A stretch of DNA of 64,000 nt. Origin: Eledone cirrhosa. Its lineage: Eukaryota. Where the stretch lies: assembly GCA_964016885.1 (NCBI GenBank), contig CAXHJY010000497.1, positions 5,822 to 69,821 of the forward strand, written 5' to 3'. Made by a program: the position numbers and the translations under genes. Positions 1 through 10,291 of this stretch are shown in pieces; the first letter of the stretch is position 1, and each line of letters starts with the position of its first letter. The notes beneath the pieces were generated by a model. The model was not told the origin of the DNA, did not search any database, and saw only the letters and a list, made by a program, of their open reading frames with translations.

Positions 1-87
1 GGCTGTCCGTTTGTTTACAAACGAACAAAGCGAACATTATAATAAATGTTCGGTAAACTGATACGTACATATATATATGTGTGCCTG

Positions 88-150
<63 letters not shown>

Positions 151-577
151 CATGCTATTGTACGTCTGTATACATATATGTATGTACGTATACATACATA
201 TTTAAATTTAAGTAAGTGCCTACTAAGAGTGAGAAATGAAATTTCGTTTCATTCTATTCCATTTATCGTTTTCGGTGCGCGTGGCCGACTGAACTCACTC
301 GATATGCAAATTAGGCTGCTCAGCCGTTAATTTTCATAAGGAAAGTATATACTTTCGGACATTCAACCATCTGGCAGAAAGGTATACGGTGCTGACGATA
401 GCTAACAAGCTTGAAACTAGTACATCGTTCCTGTGTCAGTGTTGAACAAAAATGTGACGTGGTTGCCTGAACACTGTACGGCGTAAATCAGGCTGTCCGT
501 TTGTTTACAAACGAACAAAGCGAACATTATAATAAATGTTCGCTAAACTGATACGTACATATATATATGTGTGCCTG

Positions 578-600
<23 letters not shown>
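1..600 (+). repeat. ~490-bp direct-repeat unit (1-490, partial second copy from 491, resuming at 2629-2680 after the PLE insertion) containing a hammerhead; candidate retrozyme family 2
   Basis: ggctgtccgtttgtttacaaacgaac...gtgcctgtatg occurs at 1 and at 491; catgctattgtaYgtctgtatacatatatgtatgtacgta occurs at 151 and 2629; several hairpins (cgaacatt/aatgttcg, gagtgag/ctcactc, cagtgtt/aacactg). Confidence 0.7.
386..428 (+). ncRNA. minimal type I hammerhead ribozyme
   Basis: acggtg-CTGACGA-t-agc-taacaa-gct-t-GAAA-CTAG-TA-catcgt: stem I acggtg/catcgt, full catalytic core, palindromic CUAG in helix III. Confidence 0.8.
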
Positions 601-612
<12 letters not shown>

Positions 613-843
613 CGTTTCTGAATTTGTTTAGCAAGATTCTTTATCTGAAATCGTGTGTTGAAACCGATATTGTTATACTTTGGGAGGGTCATGTTGCCAA
701 TAAGAAACACACTCACCAGTTGCTTTCACTTCAATTTATTATATATTTATAAATTTATAAATTTACAAATCTACAAACTTATAAATTTCTGGTTGGTTGG
801 TTGGTTCCACAACAAGATAGTTGTTTATATATAGTCATAGTCC

Positions 844-2155
844 TTAAGGAACATATGTTCAAATTTAATGGTAAAACATATGCCCAAGAGGAAGGAGCAG
901 CCATTGGTGTTAGCATTGCAGGCGACATAGCTAACTTATTCATTGTATGGTGGGACAGTAGACTTAAACAAAAACTTAAAGAACAATTAGAAGACAGCTT
1001 AACCCTGATAATGTACTCCCGCTACGTAGATGATATAAACATCGTAGTTAAGACACCCCCACTAAAGAACAGTCAGGAACTAGAGAAAAACACAATGGAA
1101 AGCATCCAGAAAATAGCAAACTCCATCCACCAGAGCATTAGAGTTACTATAGACTACCCAAGTAGACACCCCAACCATCGATTACCTGTACTAGACACAG
1201 AGCTCTGGTTAGATACCATTAACAACCAAAAACAAATCCTCCATTCCCATTATGCCAAACCCATGACTTCCAAACATCTGATCCACCGAAACTCGGCCAT
1301 TTCGGACCATACCAAAATCAACATACTGATTGCGGATTTGGTACGGGTGATGAGAAATGTATCCCGCATATGCAACCCCGAAGAACTAGAGAGACACATA
1401 CAACACTTCATCCACCGTATGCAGTTCTCTGGCTACAATCAGAGAGATAGAATCAGAGTGTATAAAGGAGCCAGAACCAAATGGGAAAAAATGATAAATA
1501 ATGACATAAATGGGACCTGCCCCTTGTATAGGAGCAAATTTTGGAATAGAATAGAAAGAACTAGGAACAAGGCCAATAGAATAAACTCATGGTATGATAG
1601 CAATAAATACCAGAGTGTAATGTTCATCAATACAACCCCTAGAGGCGAACTAGCCTACAAATTTAGAAGGGCCCTAAATAAACATAAACTCAATATTAAG
1701 ATAGTAGAAAGACCAGATACCTCCGTAAAAACACTTATTAGCAAGACATACCCGTTCCAAAGACCCTCATATATAGATAAGAAATGTATAACCTGTAAAA
1801 TAAGCCCCCCCATATTAACTGTAAAACTAGAAATGTAGTGTATAGCATAAGATGTACTGAAGGACAATGTAGAAACAAAAATATAGTGTACATAGGTGAG
1901 ACAGCTCGTAGTATAGGGGAACGAATAAATGAACACTGGCGAGACCTTCAAGATAATAAAGAATCATCTGTGCTCTACCAACATGCTAAGATAGAACACA
2001 GGGGTAGATTAGAGAACATAGAAATAAAAATAGAATCCACACACAGAAAAGATGCAATGTTTAGGAAAATTACAGAGGCAGAAAGCATAAAAGAATTACA
2101 ACCAAAATTAAATAGAAAATATGAGTGGAACAGCAACATCACAATTTACAATTAA
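844..2155 (+). pseudogene. PLE RT (C-terminal half) + GIY-YIG endonuclease, frameshifted
   Basis: ORFs 801-1838 and 1838-2155 are joined in the intact copy (20352-22103); the C7 run at 1805-1811 is C5 in the intact copy. Confidence 0.9.
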
Positions 2156-2281
2156 GGACAAAATGAAAACACACACAGGACAAAATGAAAACACACACAC
2201 ACATAGAACAAACAATCAACCAACAATAAATAAATAAATAAATAAACAAATAGATAAATGAACACAAACACACACAGACAC

Positions 2282-2340
2282 CCGGATGTGGCGCATGCGC
2301 AAACTGAGCACACAACACACACACGGAAACAAAAATGGCG
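2282..2340 (+). promoter_or_regulatory. candidate internal promoter in the PLE pLTR (ETS-, NRF1- and YY1-like motifs)
   Basis: CCGGATGT 2282-2289, GCGCATGCGC 2291-2300, AAAATGGCG 2332-2340; conserved in all five full pLTR copies. Confidence 0.45.
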
Positions 2341-2386
2341 TAGGATAGAAGAAAGGAAAGGCACAGAAACAAAGAAAGGAATCCCC

Positions 2387-2431
2387 AGTCACTGAAGAGG
2401 TCACAGAGTGTGTGACGAAAGGACTATGACT
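2387..2431 (+). ncRNA. PLE pLTR hammerhead ribozyme (minimal type I)
   Basis: agtca-CTGAAGA-g-gtcac-agagtgt-gtgac-GAAA-GGAC-TA-tgact. Confidence 0.75.
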
Positions 2432-2589
2432 ATATATAAACAACTATCTGGTTGTGGAACCATCCAACCAACCAGAAATTTATAAGTTTGTAGATTTGTA
2501 AATTTATAAATTTATAAATATATAATAAATTGAAGTGAAAGCAACTGGTGCGTGTGTTTCTTATTGGCAACATGACCCTCCCAAAGTAT

Positions 2590-2631
<42 letters not shown>

Positions 2632-4639
2632 GCTATTGTATGTCTGTATACATATATGTATGTACGTATACATACATATATATATATATATATTATATAT
2701 ATATATAAACTGCCCCTCATATATATATAACCCCCCCCCCCCCCCCAATATATATATATTGAGAAGGTGTGTAGTTCTGGTATTGTTAATGAAAGAAATT
2801 TGTTCGGTGCAGCCTACTGTGCAAGTTGAAATATGATTAGACACGTTCATACGTGTGTCTTGTATCTCTGAGTTGTGCAGCTTTAACCCAACCAGCATGT
2901 AAGCATCTTAGTGCTAACAGTTACAGTGCGTTGCTCCCCTGTTTTGTTCATATTGATGCTTTGCTATGACACGGAAATATCTGAATAGTAGTCTTTATTA
3001 TTTCTGCTATGTAAGTGATGATCTGACTACATAAACACCATTGTAGGAAAATGCTGTTAACTTTATTTCATATGCAGAAAGGGGCAATAAAATGAAGAGC
3101 TGACCCCTCACCTTGGTTGTGTGACTTGTCTAAGACAACCAACAGAATGGCAAAACTGTTCACATCACATATCTTTTGCTATTCCCTGATTTGGAGAGAC
3201 CATGGGACATGCAACAAATTGTTTTTTTCTGTCTGTACTGATACGAAGCTCCCTACTTTTTAAACTATAGGTATAACCTTTCAATCTTAGTTTGACAAAA
3301 GTGTAACTACATGGGTCTTAAAGATGAAACTCCTTGCCACACAAAACAATCCTCTAGTAGATATATACTCCAAATTTATTGGAATTAAGCCCTTCCCTCA
3401 AAAAAGTATTATAAAAATCAAGGATTGGCATTCTTGGAATACGAAATGTTTTTGGTTTGCCAGTAGTAAACAAATGTTTTTTATACGACATCGGTAAACA
3501 TCTGTTTTCTAAAAGTTGGTCTAATTTCAGTCTTCGTTGAGACAGCTTCTCACTAAAGCTCTGAAGTGACATTGTACTCATAGTCACTGCTATTAAGGGC
3601 TTCATTAATACAGAATCAGCGATTTGCAGAAATGACGCATTTTTTTCTGATAGTTCGTTAAGTTATTGACGCACTAGTGGTATTCGTTTCTTTTTGAAAA
3701 AACTTTGATGGGTTTGGCTCAGTATTGGCCTCGACCTTGTCTAATTTAATATCACCAGTCACCAGTTGGAGAAGCCTTATTTCATATTTCATATTTAAAT
3801 CAAAACATCCGGTTATTAAAAACGCTTTCATGATGGGAATCAGTTGTATATTTTGCTGAACTATAAAGACAGACCTGTTGAGAAAAATGTGATGATGCCA
3901 AACTCTCGACATAGTCATATATATAACAACCTCCTCCACAACCACAGACAATTAAGTCAACACTTTAATGTTATTAAATAAGAATTGATCAATCATTTGC
4001 TGCGTAAGGCTTTCTATTTCAACATTATTTTCCGAAGATTGATAAAGTCCATTTACTGTGATAAAATACACATGATTATTTAAATGTATCTTTGATAGGT
4101 ATATATATATATGTAATTATATGTTAGAGTATATATTCCTGCGCTCCAGCCCATCTTCTGCCTCTATAGTGTCATTCCATTCCCCTCCACCCATTTAATC
4201 ATATTTGTATAACTGTTTCTTTTTCTTTTTGCTATTTGATAATTGTGGTTATGTTCCTGTCCTCTCCCTCATCCCATCTGTACATTAACCTTTCACATTA
4301 ACTGTAACACTTTTCAATGTAATTTGGGGAATGGATGGAAAAACCTCCTGTCCGACCTAAAAACTTTCGCCTTCGTTTCCGTCACCTCTTTCACTTGTCA
4401 TCTTCCAGCACTCCGCCTCTTGCTTGGCCATCTATTTCCTAATAAATCTATCATTCATCTTTGCTTTATCCATTATTTTCTCATTTTCGAAGTAAGACTA
4501 CGGATGAAGCATCTTTATTCTGTGTGCAACGTACGGAAAATAAACTCTACAGTTTTTCAAATATTATATTAACTAGGGTTGCCAGATGGGGGAGAGGGTC
4601 TGACGTCATGCTTTGGAGCAAAGAGTTACGGCCCTCTAT

Positions 4640-4762
4640 GGTCTGAGTTCAAATCCCGCGAAGGTTAACTTTGCCTTTCATCCTTACGGGGTCGATAAAA
4701 TAAAGTACCAGTAATACACTGGGATAATTGCTGGCCTTGTGCCAAAAGTAGAAACAATTATA
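4640..4762 (+). mobile_element. old tRNA-derived SINE fragment (Nin-domain-like, cephalopod type)
   Basis: B-box-like gagttcaaatccc followed by gcctttcatccttacggggtcgataaaataaagtaccag, recalled as a conserved SINE core. Confidence 0.65.
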
Positions 4763-5229
4763 TTAACTAAGATAGACTACAACCAGTTCCAGATCTCCCA
4801 ACCTCTAAAAACCTAAACGGGGAGTACCATGAAAAACTGTGCCCCAAAACGAAGAGAAATGTGGCAAGATGGGCAGATTTTACATAACAAAAGCTATACT
4901 CGTTTTCACAAAAGAAGACATCTCTCATCCACCCAAAAGTGAGTGGGAAATCTCTCCGTCGGGTGGGGAGAGTTGACAGGTCTGCAGTTTCTTCAGAGCC
5001 TGGATTTTCCCTATTTTCAGATTTTATTTTCAAACCTTCGCAAGGAAGGAATATTTATTACCAATACTGGAATTTCTGTGTCCAAAATCCATGGTGAAAT
5101 GTCAGTACTTTAAAGAGCGTCGCGCTGACATTTTAGTAGCGTCAAGAACCCACTGTTGAAATATTAGTAGCTCAGTAAATTAGTCATTAAAATGTTGGCA
5201 GCTCATTATATATACCTATGTAATCTTAC

Positions 5230-5418
<189 letters not shown>

Positions 5419-5471
5419 TATATGTGTGTGTGTCCCTCTTTTAAGTCTTTCTCTTTATATAAGAATATATC

Positions 5472-5516
<45 letters not shown>

Positions 5517-5619
5517 GAAAGTAAGGTGTTTTTAATATATCCCACACGTGTCAAAATATAGGAAAAGGAAGTTGAAAATTCAATTGGAGTCTTTAAGAAG
5601 GTATATTTACAAAAAATTA

Positions 5620-5661
5620 TAACTTTACCGGTTTCACAGCTTTCATGATTATCAAAAGTTA
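5620..5661 (-). ncRNA. minimal type I hammerhead variant (U3-A8 core) in a TA-flanked ~200-bp island (5515-5712)
   Basis: minus strand reads taactt-TTGATAA-t-ca-tgaaagc-tg-t-GAAA-CCGG-TA-aagtta; perfect 6-bp stem I, palindromic CCGG, weak stem II. Confidence 0.6.
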
Positions 5662-5740
5662 AAAGAGATGGGATGATGTGTAGCTATGCCACATGAATCT
5701 CGCATGTATGCGTATATATATATATATATATATATATATC

Positions 5741-6657
5741 ACTGAAAGTTTTCGTGAAATAGTCTTCAAGACTATACAGAACATTTGTAGTTGTCCCAAA
5801 TTGAAGGATGAGTATTTTAAACTTTATTTTATCATGAGTTAAGGCTCTATTGATTCTTCCCTGGATTTCACTAAATTCTGTAGGATGAATCTATATCCTG
5901 ATTCTTTTTGAGTTGAGTTTGAATTATTTTTCCCACATCTTACGTTAACTATTTTTCCCATTTTGATGCTATAATCACTTATATATTATGGAATACTGTT
6001 GGCTTTTTGCTACAATATTTTCTATACCTTTCATTTATATATTTATACTCGGATTTCTTTCCTAGAGTGCTTAAATTATTTGTGACTAATCCCGGTATTT
6101 TTTATAAATAAACCGCGATAATATTGCTTTTTGCTGAACTCCTTATTGTAGAGTTTTTTCGGAATGTTTTTTGACTGTTGTTTCTTGTAAACAAACATTC
6201 GTCTCATTCTGACGTCACCAGCCCTGTCTTTACACATGTGCGTTTTATTTTTCATAATCACGCATGATGGTGAACTAGCCTGTTTTAAAATCCCTTTTTG
6301 GCATATTAACCAGTGAGAAATTTTGGTTATCGAGTTGAGCTCTGCTGACGATCGGATTCCATCTCCACTTAAAGTTTTCGTGAAATAGTCTTCAAGACTA
6401 TACAGAGCATTTGTAGTTGTCCCAAATTGAAGGATGAGTATTTTAAACTTTATTTTATCTTGAGTTAAGGCTCTATTGATTCTTCCCAGGATTTCACTAA
6501 ATTCTGTAGGATGAATCTATATCCTGATTGTTTTTGAGTTGAGTTTGAATTATTTTTCCCACATCTTACGTTAACTATTTTTTTTCCAATTTTGACGCTA
6601 TAATCACTTATATATTATGGAATACTGTTGGCTTTTTGCTACAATATTTTCTATACC

Positions 6658-6662
<5 letters not shown>
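5741..6662 (-). repeat. TA-flanked partial tandem element (~626-bp period; ~290-bp direct repeats at 5745-6035 and 6371-6662) with a long stop-free frame
   Basis: aaagttttcgtgaaatagtc...ctatacctttcat is present twice; minus frame 6516->6076 is open for 146 codons. Confidence 0.7.
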
Positions 6663-6748
<86 letters not shown>

Positions 6749-8353
6749 AAACATTTATGCTTTCATATATTTTTATATCTGTATATCTGTTTGACCCGAA
6801 ATGGGAGATCGAATCTTCGCTGTGTGGATAATTAGTTTAACCACCATCTCAGTGTGTTTGGCCTTTAACGTATGTTGTAAGCTCTAATTCATTTGAATTA
6901 TTGAGCGCTTGCCTCACAATTCGAAAGCGTTTTTTCGTTATTTCATGGGCTGAAATTCGATTCTCGCTAATTTTTACTTGTATATATATATATATATATA
7001 TATAACTTAATGTGGACAGACTTCACTGTAATCCATAATACATTTGAAAGAATACAATTACATATATCATTTCTCTCAATCGTTAAACCGGGAAGCACTT
7101 CTTTGGGCTGACCACTTCCGTTTTGGTTCAATAGAGTAAGTTCTTTTTCTTCTTCTGCTGGTTAGTTTTGGCCGTAAAGTTATAGTTGAAAATAATTGAT
7201 TATACTTATTTAAGGCTTCAGAGTCTCCCTCAACGGCAAACGAGTCGTGCTTGTATAGAAATTAGTTTTCGCGAACAGTATGGCAACTAGTTTGGTTTAT
7301 ACAGTTACCTATATTGCACGAAACCATAGTGTCACAAACTAGCTTTGGCTTTGTTATATAGAAACTATGTAATATGATAGCTGCAGCCTGATAACGTCTG
7401 CCTTCTCCATTTGGTGGTTGTTGCTGTTGTTGTTGCTGTTGCCGTGTTTGGGAAGATGGGTGGTCCGCGTTTGATTTATCGAATTTGAAGGATGAGTACG
7501 GTTTGGTTTGGAAAGAATCATGAGTACAGGTTAGCGTTCGGTTTAGTATGTTTGTTGAGTGTTTGCAATCTAATTGGAGCAATAGCGGTCTTATTTATAT
7601 ATATACACGACCGATCACTACATCTGATATTGACCTTTCTCATTCAGTGAGGTTATCTTTCAAATTCTGTGCTGAATATATATCTCTATATGTGTATGTA
7701 GATGTGTTTGTATATAACTACATGCGTAAGGTCCGTGTGTCTTATAAGCTAACATTTATTGTGTGTATAAAATTGCGTGTCTATGTGTTGGTGCCAAGTT
7801 TAAATATTTGTATACACGTGTGTGCATATATGTGTTCCTCTGTGTGTGTGTGTTTGTGAAGTTTTACTATTTTGTATACAATAAGGTGCTTTAGATATGT
7901 GCTTTAGATATGAAGTTTTAAGTGTTTGTATATTCAATTGATCTTTTATCTAAAATGAAAATATATTTATCTGAATCTTGGAGTATATTTTATCTTCCCT
8001 TGGTACTGTTTATATTTAAGCGAGAATTGTTTTATTTGTGTACGTCTGTATATATAACAGGGGTGTACTGTATATGGCCGACGCATCATTTGTATATGCT
8101 TAGAAGTAGCTATTAGTTTCATTTTGACTAAGCTCGTGGGAATTGACTTCAACCCAGAAGTATTCAATAGAGGACTAGAGGTGTAATTGGAATGATACAG
8201 CTTTAAGTACAGAGTAAAACTGCTTCAAAATAGTTTTTTTTATGTATATCATACACTACGGTGCTCGCTATTATGTTAGTGTATTTATTGGACTCTCATA
8301 CTGAAACGAAGGTCACAAAATATTTGTAAGAGATATGCATATCCGATAATTCG

Positions 8354-8606
8354 AGCCTGTGACCTGGTGGTAAGGCTGTTGGACTTACGATCATAATGTC
8401 GTAGGTTCGGTTCCTGAGCTGGGTTGCGTGTTGCGTTCTTGAACAAAACATTTCATTTCACGTTGCTCCAGTATACGCAGCTGAAAATGTGTGTCAGTAA
8501 TAGTAGTGGTTAACCCTACGATGGACTGGCGTCTTCTCCGGGGGAGAGTCTTGTACTCTCAGTCGTTTCACGCCATGAAACCGGGATTAGCACCGGCTTA
8601 ATGAGA
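8354..8606 (+). mobile_element. degenerate tRNA-derived SINE with conserved central domain (V/Meta-SINE-like)
   Basis: A-box-like tgacctggtggtaagg, B-box-like ggttcggttcc, then ttcttgaacaaaaca...aaccctacgatggactggcgtc...gaaaccgggattag. Confidence 0.6.
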
Positions 8607-8757
8607 CTTAAATGGCTTAAAACAGACTGTATAGACTAGTATATCACTTGTTAATGTTATCAGCAATGTATTGATAGAAGATTTCCACAAGACTATTGAA
8701 TCAGTCACGTTATACTTAATACAACGAGAAAAATATCCATTTAATATTATTCATGCT

Positions 8758-8759
<2 letters not shown>

Positions 8760-8845
<86 letters not shown>

Positions 8846-8900
8846 GTGCGTGGGTGTGTGTGTGTCTGTGTGTGTTTGTATGTATGTGTGTGTGTGTATG
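8760..8900. repeat. (GT)n microsatellite
   Basis: direct inspection. Confidence 0.98.
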
Positions 8901-9181
8901 TTCGTGTGTGAAATTCAAGTATATGTTGTGATTGAACATGAGTGGTTTTTTGTCGTGTATGTATATCTCTATGTAACAATATATTTGTGAAAACGTATAT
9001 ATATACAAGATGTAATTATGTAATATCTGACAGTATAACTTTCGAAAGATGCCTTTGTGTCTGTCCATGAATGTATATGTCTTATGTTTCTTCTTATGTT
9101 CATAAAATTTCCATAAATCAGTGCACTTGTACTGTATGCAATATGGTTTTATTATTTGAATGAGGTTGTGAGTTTCATGTG

Positions 9182-9786
<605 letters not shown>

Positions 9787-9946
9787 ATTGTTATACTTTG
9801 GGAGGGTCATGTTGCCAATAAGAAACACACGCACCAGTTGCTTTGACTTCAATTTATTATATATTTATAAATTTATAAATTTACAAATTTACAAACCTAT
9901 AAATTTCTGGTTGGTTGGTTCCACAACCAGATAGTTGTTTATATAT

Positions 9947-9991
9947 AGTCATAGTCCTTTCGTCACACACTCTGTGACCTCTTCAGTGACT
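9947..9991 (-). ncRNA. PLE pLTR hammerhead ribozyme
   Basis: reverse complement of the motif at 2387-2431. Confidence 0.75.
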
Positions 9992-10291
9992 GGGGATTCC
10001 TTTCTTCGTTTCTGTGCCTTTCCTTTCTTCTATCCTACGCCATTTTGTTTCTGTGTGTGTGTTGTGTGCTCAGTTTGCGCATGCGCCACATCCGGGTGTC
10101 TGTGTGTGTTTGTGTTCATTTTTCTATTTGTTTATTTATTTATTTATTTATTTATTGTTGGTTGATTGTTTGTTCTATGTGTGTGTGTGTTTTCATTTTG
10201 TCCTGTGTGTGTTTTCATTTTGTGTGTGTTTTCATTTTGTCCTTAATTGTAAGTTGTTTGTTCTATGTGTGTGTGTGTTTTCATTTTGTCC

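Larger units (their letters stand above)
611..2596 (+). mobile_element. Penelope-like retroelement, copy 1: 5'-truncated, with inverted copy of its 3' end at 611-845
   Basis: RT motifs GAAIG and RYVDD, GIY-YIG-type VVY...YIGET; 668-845 is the reverse complement of 2419-2596; flanked by (TA)n on both sides. Confidence 0.93.

Noticed and set aside
611-2596. DNA transposon with terminal inverted repeats
   Set aside because: The inverted ends are copies of the PLE 3' end, and the interior encodes RT and GIY-YIG, not a transposase
3015-3104. Possible C/D box snoRNA (GTGATGA ... CTGA)
   Set aside because: No terminal stem or recognisable guide; short motifs expected by chance
4495-4545. Hammerhead-like cggatga-agca...tgc
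   Set aside because: Core is mutated and no GAAA or stem I can be formed
6340-6395. CTGACGA ... GAAA on the plus strand of the 626-bp element
   Set aside because: No convincing stem I or stem II pairing
7080-7540. Possible host promoter/first exon (cacttccg, ag|gtaag-like donor near 7135, ATGAGTACAG|GTTAG near 7520)
   Set aside because: Only short motifs; no downstream exon identifiable in the window, so a gene cannot be supported
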